Source: an uncultured delta proteobacterium
GTDB taxonomy: Bacteria; Desulfobacterota; Syntrophobacteria; Syntrophobacterales; Syntrophobacteraceae
DNA length: 64,000 nt
Assembly (NCBI GenBank): GCA_963757915.1
Contig: CAVWTD010000018.1
Span: forward strand, 59,072-123,071
Reading direction: 5' to 3'
Part shown: piece by piece, positions 37,958 through 48,506 of the stretch
How positions within the stretch are numbered: position 1 is the first letter of the stretch
Layout of the letters: the number at the start of each line of letters is the position of its first letter
The notes under the pieces: model-generated
Told to the model about the DNA's origin: nothing
The model's database searches: none
The model's input: only the letters and a program-made list of their open reading frames with translations
Program-made: the position numbers and the translations under genes

Positions 37958-39835
37958 ATGTTAACAAAAAAGCAAATTCCGCTGATTTACCTCTTTCTGA
38001 CGGCTGCCGCCCTCATAGCGTTCTGGCAGGTCAGTCAGTGCGATTTCATTAATTATGACGACCCTACATACGTAACTGGGAACATCCACATCCGACATGG
38101 CATTACGATTCAGGCAATTCGGTGGGCGTTCACGGCCGGTTATGCTGCAAACTGGCATCCTTTGACGTGGATGTCCCATATGCTCGATGTTCAACTCTTC
38201 GGATTAAACCCGCGATGGCATCATTTGACCAATCTCTTATTCCACATTGCAAATACGCTATTGCTCTTTTTCGTTTTTCACCGGATGACCAAAGCGCCTT
38301 GGAAGAGCGCCTTCGTGGCGGCTTTGTTTGCCATTCATCCTCTCCACGTGGAATCAGTCGCCTGGGTGGCCGAGCGAAAGGATGTTCTTTCAACTTTTTT
38401 CTGGATGCTCACCATGGTTGCTTATATCCATTATGTCGAGCATCGAACGGAAGACGGAAGACAGAGGACGGAGGACGGAGAGAAGTGGACCGGTATCCTC
38501 CGTTTTCGGCCTTCCGTTTTCCGTTATTTGGCTGTTGTCATATTTTTTGCTCTAGGCTTGATGGCAAAACCCATGCTGGTAACCCTCCCTTTTGTCTTGC
38601 TGCTTTTGGACTACTGGCCTCTGCAGCGCTTCGAACCTAAGAAATCCCCTCGGGAAATCCGTACGGTGGTAAATAAACCTGTATCTGCGAATAAAAGAAA
38701 AGCAAAATCGAGCAGGAAGCCTACCACCTCGCGGGGCGTGGAGTTAGAGGAAAAACCGGCAGATCATAAATACCAATGGGCGTTGGTTCGCTCTCTGCTC
38801 CGGGAAAAAATCCCCCTTTTTGTCCTGACAGCGCTCTCATGTACCGTAACATTCGTCGCCCAGCAAAAAGGAGGGGCGGTGGAATCTGTTGAGGTATTTC
38901 CACCGGGTGTTCGTATCGCGAACGCTTTCGTTTCCTATATCATTTACATCGCGAAGACGGTCTGGCCAAATAATCTTGCCGTTTTTTATCCTCATCCGGG
39001 GTTGCGGCCGCTCTGGCAAGTCCTCGGGGCGGTTCTATTCCTTGGCGCCGTAACCTTCGCGGTTATCCGGACGGCAAAGAGATTTCCGTACCTGGCAATG
39101 GGATGGCTGTGGTTTGCAGGTACACTTGTGCCTGTCATAGGGATTGTGCAAGTCGGCGATCAAGCCATGGCGGACCGCTATACTTATATCCCACTGATCG
39201 GGTTGTTCGTCATGGCTGCATGGGGTATTCCGGAACTTTTGAAAAAATGGCGTTACCGGAAAGAGGCGCTTATTGCGTTATCGGCATTGATCCTGCCATG
39301 CTTTTTCATTGTTACATGGACTCAGGTCGGGTATTGGCGAAATAGCATTGCGTTGTTTGATTATACTCTGAGAGTCACAAGTCATAATGTCCTTATTCAA
39401 CGGGCCCGGGGGTCTGCATACGGCAAAATGGGCAACTACGCAAAGGCGATCGAGGATTATGACAGGGCCGTCGGAATCAATCCTCAAGATGCTGATGCCT
39501 ATATAGGCCGGGGTGCTGCCTATGGCAAACTTGGCGACTATAGGCAGGCGATTTCAGATTTTGACAGGGCCATCGGAATCAATCCCGAACATGCAGAGCC
39601 ATATTATAACCGGGGTCTTGCCTATAGTGAACTTGGCAACCACGGGCAGGCGATTTCAGATTACGACAGGGCCATCGAAATCAATCCTGAATATGCTGAT
39701 GCCTACAATAACCGTGGTGTTGCCTATGCCAAACTTGGCAACCTCAGGCAGGCGTTTGAGGACGTGAAAAAAGCGGCAAACCTTGGTAATGAAGATGCAA
39801 AGAACACTTTGAGAAGCGCAGGGATAAACTGGTAG
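37958..39835 (+). CDS. TMTC-like membrane protein: multi-pass N-terminal domain plus C-terminal TPR repeats (putative GT-C protein O-mannosyltransferase-like)
   Basis: The N-terminus has DF.NYDD..YV..N..I..G and several TM helices. The C-terminus has 4-5 34-aa TPR units (AI.DYDRAI.INP..A.AY.NRG.AY..LG). Confidence 0.7.
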   Translation: MLTKKQIPLIYLFLTAAALIAFWQVSQCDFINYDDPTYVTGNIHIRHGITIQAIRWAFTAGYAANWHPLTWMSHMLDVQLFGLNPRWHHLTNLLFHIANTLLLFFVFHRMTKAPWKSAFVAALFAIHPLHVESVAWVAERKDVLSTFFWMLTMVAYIHYVEHRTEDGRQRTEDGEKWTGILRFRPSVFRYLAVVIFFALGLMAKPMLVTLPFVLLLLDYWPLQRFEPKKSPREIRTVVNKPVSANKRKAKSSRKPTTSRGVELEEKPADHKYQWALVRSLLREKIPLFVLTALSCTVTFVAQQKGGAVESVEVFPPGVRIANAFVSYIIYIAKTVWPNNLAVFYPHPGLRPLWQVLGAVLFLGAVTFAVIRTAKRFPYLAMGWLWFAGTLVPVIGIVQVGDQAMADRYTYIPLIGLFVMAAWGIPELLKKWRYRKEALIALSALILPCFFIVTWTQVGYWRNSIALFDYTLRVTSHNVLIQRARGSAYGKMGNYAKAIEDYDRAVGINPQDADAYIGRGAAYGKLGDYRQAISDFDRAIGINPEHAEPYYNRGLAYSELGNHGQAISDYDRAIEINPEYADAYNNRGVAYAKLGNLRQAFEDVKKAANLGNEDAKNTLRSAGINW

Positions 39836-39881
39836 TTGTTATCCTGACCCCATCAAGATTTTTTAAGAGTAATGATCGGAC

Positions 39882-42010
39882 GTGTCTACGTTTAAGAAAA
39901 AGCAAATTCCGCTGATTTACCTTCTTTTTGACGGCTGCCGCCCTCATAGCGTTCTGGCAGGTCAGCCAGTGCGATTTCATTAATTATGACGATGAAACGT
40001 ACGTAACTGGGAACATCCACATCCGACACGGCATTACGATTGAGGCAATTCGGTGGGCGTTCACGGCCGGTTATGCTGCAAACTGGCATCCTTTGACGTG
40101 GATGTCCCATATGTTCGATGTTCAACTCTTCGGATTAAACCCGCCATGGCACCATCTGACCAATCTCTTATTCCACATTGCAAATACGCTATTGCTCTTT
40201 TTCATTTTTCACCGCATGACCAAAGCGCCCTGGAAGAGCGCTTTCGTGGCGGCTTTGTTTGCCCTTCATCCTCTCCACGTGGAATCCGTCGCCTGGGTGG
40301 CCGAGCGAAAGGATGTTCTTTCAACTTTTTTCTGGATGCTCACCATGGTTGCTTATATCCATTATGTCGAGCATCGAACGGAAGACGGAAGACAGAGGAC
40401 GGAGAACGGAGAGAAGTGGACCGGTATCCTCCGTTTTCCGACATCCGGTTTCCGTTATTTGGCTGTTGTCATATTTTTTACTCTAGGCTTGATGGCAAAA
40501 CCCATGCTGGTAACCCTCCCTTTTGTCCTGCTGCTATTGGATTACTGGCCTCTGCAGCGCTTCGAGCCTAAGAAATCCCGCCGGGAAATCCTTACGGAGG
40601 TAAATAAACCTGTATCTGCGAATAAAAAAAGTGCAAAATCGAGGGGGACGCGTACCGCCGGATCAGGTCCGGGCCGCGTCCGCGGCTGTGCCGGGCATGG
40701 TGAAAGAAGAAAAACCGGCAGATCATATATACCAATGGGCATTGGTTCTTCCTCTGCTCCGGGAAAAAATCCCCCTTTTTGTCCTGACAGCGCTCTCATG
40801 TACCGTAACATTCATCGCTCAGCAAAAAGGAGGAGCGGTGAGATCTATTCACGCATTTCCACCGGGTGTTCGTATCGCGAATGCCTTCGTTTCCTATATC
40901 ATCTACATCGGAAAGACGGTCTGGCCAAATAATCTTGCAGTTTTTTATCCTCATCCGGGTTTGTGGCCCCTCTGGCAGGTCCTGGGGGCGGTTCTGCTCC
41001 TTGGTGCTGCTACCTTAACGGTTATCCGGACGGCAAAGAGATTCCCTTACCTGGCAATGGGATGGCTGTGGTTTGCCGGTACACTTGTGCCTGTCATAGG
41101 GATTGTGCAGGTAGGAGACCAAGCCATGGCCGACCGATATACTTATATCCCCCTGATCGGGTTGTTCGTCATGGCAGCATGGGGTATCCCGGAACTTTTG
41201 AGAAATTGGCAGCCCACCCGCCCACCCCGCAAAGAGGCGCTTTTTGGGGCGTCGGCATTGATCCTGGCATGCCTTTTCATTGTTACATGGACTCAGGCCG
41301 GGTACTGGCGGAATAGTATTACGCTGTATGAGCATGCCCTGAAAGTTACCAGCCGCAATGATATTATCCACAATAACCGGGGTAATGTCTTTATCAGCCT
41401 TGGCAATCTCACCCAGGGGATTGAGGATTTTGACAGGGCCATCGAAATCAATCCCCAATATGCTCATGCCTATAGTAACCGGGGTGCTGCCTACGGCAGA
41501 CTCGGCAATCACAGGCAGGCGATTTCAGATTTTGACAGGGCCATCGAAATCGATCCTAAACACTCGGTGGCCTTTTGTAACCGGGGCGCTGCCTACCGCG
41601 AACTCGGCAATCACAGGCAGGCGATTTCAGATTTTGACAGGGCCATCGAAATCAATCCTGAATATGCAGAGGCATATATCAACCGTGGTGTGACCTATGA
41701 CGAACTTGGCAACCAGAGGCAGGCGATTTCAGATTTTGACAGAGCCATCGAAATCGATCCTGAAAACGCTGACGCCTATAATAACCTGGCTATCGCCCAT
41801 GGTAAACTTGGCAACTACTGGCTGGCGATCGAGGATTGTGACAGGGCCATCGGGATCAACCCTAAACATGCAGGGGCATATTATAACCGCGGTGTCGCTC
41901 ATGCCAAACTTGGGAATCTCAGGCAGGCGTTTGAGGACATGAAAACAGCAGCAAACCTTGGCAATGAAGATGCAAAGAACAATTTGAGAAGCGCAGGGAT
42001 AAACTGGTAG
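39882..42010 (+). pseudogene. Tandem paralog of the TMTC-like gene, with two frame disruptions
   Basis: The N-terminal half has high nucleotide identity to 37958..39835. There is an extra T near 39915-39925. The frame changes at the A7 run 40622-40628; removing one A joins ORF 39928.. to ORF 40631..42010. It has more TPR units than copy 1. Confidence 0.65.
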
Positions 42011-42132
42011 CAGCGGGTCCGATTTCTGACCGGCATTCGCGCTCTTGTTGTGAAGAAGACTCGAAATGTGCAGGTTTGCGGCTTTGACGGCCGCTGTTTG
42101 CAGTTCGTTACACTGGAGGGGCATTTCTCACG

Positions 42133-44647
42133 ATGCGGAGAAGAAAGATAAACAGGAAAGCCATCGCAATCGTCGCGGTGCTGTTGTTGACCATAGGGGC
42201 GGCTGTATATGCCAGGGATGGATTGTACTGGCGGATTGCTTCCTGGAAGGATAGTCCGTCCAGCTATGCCGGGTATTTGAAATATTTCCCAAACGGCAGT
42301 CATGCCGCTGAGGCCGGAGAACTCTATGATGAGCGTAGTTGGCAGGAAGCCGTGAGGGATGGGCAGATCAACGGAATAGGCCGATTACACCAATATATGG
42401 AGACGTTTCCCAGCGGCAAACACGCAGATGAAGCGCCTGCAATAATTGAGGAACTGCACTGGCGAGATTCCACTGTGGGAAACACTGTAAAGTCCTACCA
42501 GCTTTATCTCGACGCGTATCCCGCCGGCAAACATGCAGATGAAGCGGCTGCAAAAATTGAGGACCTGCATTGGCGAGCGGCCACTGCGGGAAACAGTGTA
42601 GAGTCTTACCAGCTCTATCTCGACACGCTATCCCGGCGGCAAACACGCAGATGAAGCGGCTGCAAAAATCGAGGACCTGCACTGGCAAGAGGCCACTGCG
42701 GGAAACAGTGTAAAGTCTTACCAGCTCTATCTAGACACCTATCCCGGCGGCAAACACGCAGATGAAGCCGCTGCAAAAATCGAGGACCTGCACTGGCAGG
42801 AGGCCACTGTGGGAAACACGGTAAAGTCTTACCAGCTCTATCTCGACACGTATCCCAAAGGTCGCTTTGGGCCTGAGGCGCAGGCAAAGCAGGAATCGCT
42901 CCGAAGTGATGACACACCCTATGTTGCGGCACTGAAGGCAGGTACCTTGCCGGCGTTGAAGGGTTTTCTCGACGAATTCCCCGGCCACAAGAGGGAGGCG
43001 GACGTACGCGCAGTAATCAAGGAAATAGAAGAGGGACGGGATATCACTGATCTCCTCAAAGAGAAGAAAGTCGAAATTGAAACGGAAGGCAGCGGAATCC
43101 AAAGTATCATTGTCAGGATACGGCGTCTTGTGACTTACCCGATCACGGTTAGAATCCCCGTGGGTACTTTCTTTGTGTCCCGCAGCTCATCTTCCCAGAA
43201 CATGGTCACCACCGAGGAATCCAAGCTCACACTCACGAGCAGCGATTGGCGTTGGGTGATGCCTTCGGTCGTCAGCGCCAACAGGCTGCGTTCTATCCCC
43301 GGCCCAAGAGACACTTTTAGCGTGCAGAAATCACCCAATCAAATTGAACTGGTGAGGCTCATGCCGGTTTTGGATCGTGCCGGAGTTTCTTTTACCGTCC
43401 GACAGGCGGCCGTATGGATCGTCACGGACAACGCCGGTTACTCGGACCTCGGTATTCTGGTAATGGGCAGCGACGGATCCGGAGGGACACGTGTCATCAA
43501 TGAATATGAGGCGGCTCGAGCCATGCAGCTCTGCGATCAAGCAGATATTGATATCACTCGCAAGGCCATCTGGAAAGACAAGTTAACAATCCTGCAAGGG
43601 CTGCACGACGCAAGCCTTAAAGGATGGCTGCAGGCTAATATTGGTGCAAATAGACCAACCAAAACAAATACTGGTGTAACCAGCGGGTTGAACGACCTGA
43701 TGGAAGCCTCCCGGCTTGGTCACATCGAGGTCGTGCAGGCGCTGATAAACAAAGGCGCAGATCTCAATGCAAAGAGGACTGACGGCGTAACCGCGTTGAT
43801 GATTGCCTCTGACAAAGGCTACAAAGAGGTGGTGCAGGCACTGCTGGATAAGGGGGCCGACGTCAATGCAAAGAAGACTGACGGCGTAACCGCGTTGATC
43901 ATTGCCTCCCAGAATGGCCACCAAGAGGTCGTGCAGTCGCTGATTGCCAAGGAGGCCGACGTCAATGCCAAGAGGACCGACGGTGTAACCGCGTTGATGA
44001 TTGCCTCCCAGAATGGCTACCAGGAGATCGTGCAGTCGCTGATTGCCAAGGGGGCCGACGTCAATGCGAAGAGGACTGACGGAGTAACCGCGTTGATGGT
44101 TGCCTCCCAGAACGGCCACCAAGCGGTCGTGCAGTCGCTGCTTGCCAAGGGGGCCGACCTCAATGCAGAGGACAAGGACGGCAAAACTGCGTTGATGGCT
44201 GCCTCCACGAATCGCCACACCGAAATCGTGCAATTGCTGCTTGCCAAGGGGGCCGACGTCAATTTAGAGGACAGGGACGGCAAAACCGCATTGATGGTTG
44301 CCTGTCAGGAAGGCCACCATGAGGTCGTGCAGTTGCTGCTTGATAAGGGGGCCGACGTCAATGCTAAGAGGACTGACGGCCTAACTGCCTTGATGATTGC
44401 CTCTCAGGAAGGCCACCAGGAGGTCGTGAAGTTGCTACTCGCCAAGGGGGCTGATGTCAATGCAAAGATGAATAACGGCGAAACCGCGTTGATGATTGCC
44501 TCTTACAGAGGACACAAAGAGCTCATGAAGTTGCTGCTTGTCAAGGGGGCCAACGTCAATGCTAAGATGAATAACGGCGAAACCGCGTTGTCGCATGCAT
44601 CCCGCAAAGAGATAAAGGAACTGCTTATCAGGGCAGGAGCAAAGTAA
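42133..44647 (+). CDS. Membrane-anchored repeat protein: 37-aa YQLYLD.YP.GKHADEA repeats, a central unknown domain and ~10 ankyrin repeats; apparent frameshift at ~42628
   Basis: An N-terminal TM helix is followed by four tandem 111-nt units at 42409-42853. The second unit is 112 nt long, which breaks the frame. Ankyrin units follow (DG.TALM.AS..GH.EVVQ.LL.KGADVNAK). Confidence 0.75.
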
Positions 44648-44654
44648 TCTAATT

Positions 44655-45662
44655 CTATGTGTCGAGTGCGCCCTGGCATGATGATCCGGCTCCGGCACAA
44701 CAGGCGAAGCAATGATTGCTTACCGTGATCTCACGCTGGGAGAGCCTCTTGAGGTCAAATTCGCGAATGTGGGTTGGAGAGCCGCCGTTAACCATCAGAC
44801 CGAGCATCTGATTGAAGTCGCAATCGTACAATCGGCCGTCCCAGCCGACGGAAAGAGTGTTCCGGCACATAACGCCGGAGACAGCGGCCGGGTTGAACGC
44901 CGAAGCAAGGACCGCCATGTAGTCGTTAAGATTGTCGCTGCTGATAAGATAATCAAGGTAGCGGCCGATAGGACAGTTTGTTAAGACGAAGAGCCCGTTG
45001 AATTCAACTCCGAAACGCTCTCGAAGCCGGTGCTTATACTCGTGCTCCAGCGACGATTGATTGCCGGGCATAAAAGCGCCGGATGGATTGTGCATAAGAT
45101 TAAGGATCAAGCCTGTCCCCTCACGCCCATAGCCGATTTTGTTGAGTTGGCAAATCGCCGTTATACAGCGAGCGAACGTTCCGGAACCGCGTTGCCGGTC
45201 AGTGCGTTCAGGAGTGTAATCCGGCAGCGATCCGACAATTTCCACACCAAGTTCGCGGTACATCTGCGGGAAAGATTGGCTGGCTCCCTCAGTCAGAACG
45301 GCCAAGTTCGTCCTTACTATGATCCGCTTGCCGGTGGCGGCAAGTTCGCGCAGTAACCAGGGCAACCGAGGGTGTAATTCCGGTGCTCCTCCGGTGACAT
45401 CTATCGTGTCGATTTCCGAAATGTGCGCAATTCGTACACATTCCGCAAGGACCTCTGCCGACATCATTTCCAGTCGATCCGGGGATGCTTCCACGTGGCA
45501 GTGGCGGCAGGTCAGGTTACATCGCCTGGTGATGTTCAATTGAAGGATTTCTACCCCGGTTGCACAGAGCGGGAACATCTCCATCGCTTTCAGACGTTCG
45601 ACAAAATTCTCTCTACGGCCGGGAATTTCAAGCATCGCAAGTTGCTGCCGCGGATCCATCAC
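44655..45662 (-). CDS. Radical SAM/Cys-rich domain protein (ArsS-like)
   Basis: The CX3CX2C motif is NITRRCNLTCRHCHVEA. The C-terminal Cys-rich tail is HCFACCAGAGSSCQGA, as in the TIGR04167/ArsS family. Confidence 0.7.
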   Translation of the reverse strand: MMDPRQQLAMLEIPGRRENFVERLKAMEMFPLCATGVEILQLNITRRCNLTCRHCHVEASPDRLEMMSAEVLAECVRIAHISEIDTIDVTGGAPELHPRLPWLLRELAATGKRIIVRTNLAVLTEGASQSFPQMYRELGVEIVGSLPDYTPERTDRQRGSGTFARCITAICQLNKIGYGREGTGLILNLMHNPSGAFMPGNQSSLEHEYKHRLRERFGVEFNGLFVLTNCPIGRYLDYLISSDNLNDYMAVLASAFNPAAVSGVMCRNTLSVGWDGRLYDCDFNQMLGLMVNGGSPTHIREFDLKRLSQREITVSNHCFACCAGAGSSCQGALDT

Positions 45663-45994
45663 ATTTCCTTCTTCCGGATGATTTTTCTGATTTGGGTGGC
45701 ATGGGCCAGCGTATCTCCTGCAACCATCGCAGCGCCGACATGAATCGCTTCCATCATTTCGTCATTGCCGACACCGAGCGACAGACACTTGTTGGTGTAC
45801 GCGTCAATACAATAGGGACAATGGCGTACCGTGGCAACCGTAAGGGCAATGAGCGCCTTTTCACGTTCTGTGAGTCTGCCGGCCCCGGTTGCTTTTCCGT
45901 AGTAATCGAAGAAGCTTGCCGCCAACTCCGGCGAGTGTTCACCAATGTTTGGAAAATCCGCCAAGTCTTCCGGTTTATAGTAGGGCTCCGACAT
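45659..45994 (-). CDS. AhpD/carboxymuconolactone decarboxylase-family peroxidase-like protein
   Basis: LTVATVRHCPYCIDAYT carries the CxxC motif. GGAGGAA precedes the ATG at 45994. The gene overlaps the radical SAM gene by 4 nt. Confidence 0.65.
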   Translation of the reverse strand: MSEPYYKPEDLADFPNIGEHSPELAASFFDYYGKATGAGRLTEREKALIALTVATVRHCPYCIDAYTNKCLSLGVGNDEMMEAIHVGAAMVAGDTLAHATQIRKIIRKKEM

Positions 45995-46146
45995 GATATT
46001 CCTCCGTTTCCTTTTTTCCTGTCTCTTTAGACGAGCGGGTATGTTCCACAGGAACTCTTTGCAGGCTTCAGTAATGCAGTCCACTTAGTGTAGCAGCTTA
46101 GCATAGTGTAAACTGAAGGGGTAAGCTTTTTTCATGAAAGAATCGT

Positions 46147-46894
46147 TCACAAGCGGTATGCCAGGCAGGCCGACAATGTAAGGACGAGCACTTCCGTGAT
46201 TTCGCTGACAGCGCCGAGTACGTCTCCAGTGACGCCGCCGAGAAGCCGGTGCGCCAGCGCCCGGACCAGAAGCGCGCTCAGTGTGGCTGCTCCTATGAAA
46301 ACCGCAGCGAACTTTGGAACAAGGAGCAGCGTGAGAACGACGGCAAATGAGGCAGCGGCGAGGAGTGTGCCGCGAGTAACAAATTCGATGCTTGATTTGG
46401 CAAGACCTGTCGGTTCGAGCACACGGGCTTTTATAAGCGGTAACTACGATTGCGAAACGGCCCATGGCCGGAACAATCGCCAAAGCAATCCAACTCTTTG
46501 CCATAATGAGACTGTAAATGGCGCTCGTTTTCAGCACGATGGCAAAGATCACGGCGAGGGCGCCGAATGCGCCGGTTGCGGAGTCTTTCATAATTTCAAG
46601 CCGTCTTTCGGGAGTGTAGCCTCCACCGATCCCATCGGCCAAATCTGCCAATCCATCCAGATGAAACCCTCGTGTAACGAACGTCATAAAGGCGCAGGCC
46701 AATGCAGCAAGTAGAAGCGGAGGCATAACGGCCTGGAGCAGCAGGACCATTAAACAAGTAATCAGGCCAACCAGCAGACCCACAATAGGAAAACATGCAT
46801 AGCATCTTCCCAGATCACTGGGGGATATCTCCCCGGAAACAGGCAAACGAAAAATAGTCAAAAAGGACAGAGCAATGGTGAATCGGCGCCACAT
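46147..46894 (-). CDS. cobS: Adenosylcobinamide-GDP ribazoletransferase (cobalamin synthase), apparent frameshift near 46425
   Basis: The N-terminal 2/3 reads LSFLT..RLP ... GFHLDGLADLADGIGGG. The proper C-terminus (LGGVTGDVLGAVSEITEVLVL) lies in ORF 46147..46422, in another frame. Confidence 0.8.
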
Positions 46895-46895
46895 A

Positions 46896-47021
46896 AGGCC
46901 TCCCGCTCCCGCCCCGTCTCGCGGGCGGGCGGGCGGGCTGTCGAGAATGAGCGGTCGGCCTCCGCGCTACGCGCTCGCACTTCGCTAAGGGAGGGCGGTT
47001 ATATAAGTCTATCATACGAGG
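46896..47021. repeat. Repeat family R1, short inverted copy abutting the cobS start codon
   Basis: AGGCCTCCCGCTCCCGCCCCGTCTCGCGGG...GAGAATGAGCGGTCGGCC...TTATATAAGTCTATCATACGAGG. Confidence 0.8.
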
Positions 47022-47139
47022 TCTGTGTTCCTTGCAGGCAGCCGGGCGATGCCGGCAATATCGGGCAATCAGAGCCGCGTGAAACCCGGCGCAAAAGTAT
47101 ACAAGACCGGTTGTCTAGTGTCATGAGTCACAAGTTCAT

Positions 47140-47430
47140 TGCATAAATTTCGTGGGGTGGGCACGTTTTATGTGCCCACCAATCAGTGGTGGGCAACGCT
47201 CTGCTTTTGCCCACCCTACCCTTAATTCGGGAACTAATTAGCGTCCATCCGGAAACTCCGGATGGAACGCTGGCAGTTTCCGATTCGAAAAGGAGGCATT
47301 TTTCGTTCTGGCAAGGAAATCGAGGGGTTGCGCGGAGGCGTACTTGGGTACGCCGCACAAGCAAGCCCGAAGATTGACGCCGCCAGGGCGGAAAAGGACC
47401 CTTTCCGGATGGAAACTAATTAATGACCCA
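47140..47430. repeat. Cluster of palindromic REP-like units (GTGGGCA...TGCCCAC hairpins, CCATCCGGA..TCCGGATGG)
   Basis: The hairpins are visible directly. The segment 47225-47320 is an inverted relative of 15735-15830. Confidence 0.6.
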
Positions 47431-47435
47431 GGACA

Positions 47436-48506
47436 CTACCGGGGCTGTTTGGAAACTCCGGCATCCTCAAAAGTGAGTACTTCCCTAAAAACCCGCACTG
47501 CACCCTCGATTACGCCCATTGCCAGGGCCGCACCGGTGCCTTCCCCAAGACGCATCCGCAGGTCGAGTATGGGCTCGAGCCCAAGGTAATCGAGCATTCT
47601 GCGATGTCCGGCTTCTTGCGAGCAATGCCCGGCAAAGAGGTAATCCACGGCGGCGGGGCACAGGGAGTGCGCCACCAGTGCCCCGGCCGTCGAGATGAAC
47701 CCGTCAATTACGACGGGACGTCTGTGGTAGGCGCCGGCCAGGATGCACCCTGCGATGCCCCCGATTTCGAACCCTCCCACTTTGGCCAGGGCATCCAGAC
47801 CGTCTCCGGGATTCGGGCGGTTTATGTCGATAGCCTGCCGCACGATCGCACGCTTCTTTTCCAGGGAATCCTCATCGATTCCTGTCCCACGGCCCACCAT
47901 TTGATTCACAGGGGTCCCCGTCAGGACCACGCCAAGCGCGGCTGACGGCGTTGTGTTACCGATTCCCATATCACCGGTTCCAAGGAGCCTGGCGCCGGCT
48001 AAAAATAGTTCCGAGGCCAGTTTGAAACCGTGCAGGACCGACTGCTCGGCCTGATGGCGACTCATGGCAGGTCCTTTGACTATGTTGGCTGTGCCCCGGT
48101 CCACCTTGCATACATGCAACTTATTGCGGCCTTCGGAGTGATCCGGGTCAACGTCGGGGATGATTCCCATGTCCACCACCAGCACGTCTGCTCCAACCTG
48201 ACGCGCCAGAACATTGATCCCGGCGCCGCCCCTGAGGAAATTCTTCACCATTTCGCCGGTCACTTCCTGTGGAAACGCACTCACCCCCTCGGATACAACC
48301 CCATGATCTCCAGCCATAACCAGGAACGCCTTTGTGGCAACGTCCGGTTCAAGGGTCCCCAAAATGCCGCAAATGCGTTCCGCAATATCGTGCAACCGCC
48401 CCAGGGAGCGAAGGGGAATTGCAAGATGCGCCGTATGCTCACGGGCTCTTTCCACCCATTCCTGCCGGATTGGTTGAATCCCTTTGACGATTTCACCAAG
48501 ATTCAT
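47436..48506 (-). CDS. cobT: Nicotinate-nucleotide--dimethylbenzimidazole phosphoribosyltransferase
   Basis: The protein has MAGDHGV, FPQEVT.EMV.NF..GGAGINVLA, GDMGIGNTT and LGEGTGAA. Length is 356 aa. Confidence 0.9.
   Translation of the reverse strand: MNLGEIVKGIQPIRQEWVERAREHTAHLAIPLRSLGRLHDIAERICGILGTLEPDVATKAFLVMAGDHGVVSEGVSAFPQEVTGEMVKNFLRGGAGINVLARQVGADVLVVDMGIIPDVDPDHSEGRNKLHVCKVDRGTANIVKGPAMSRHQAEQSVLHGFKLASELFLAGARLLGTGDMGIGNTTPSAALGVVLTGTPVNQMVGRGTGIDEDSLEKKRAIVRQAIDINRPNPGDGLDALAKVGGFEIGGIAGCILAGAYHRRPVVIDGFISTAGALVAHSLCPAAVDYLFAGHCSQEAGHRRMLDYLGLEPILDLRMRLGEGTGAALAMGVIEGAVRVFREVLTFEDAGVSKQPR

Noticed and set aside
43583-44233. 216-aa minus-strand ORF with its own internal repeats
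   Set aside because: It is a shadow of the ankyrin repeat array on the plus strand. Its periodicity simply mirrors the 99-nt ankyrin units.
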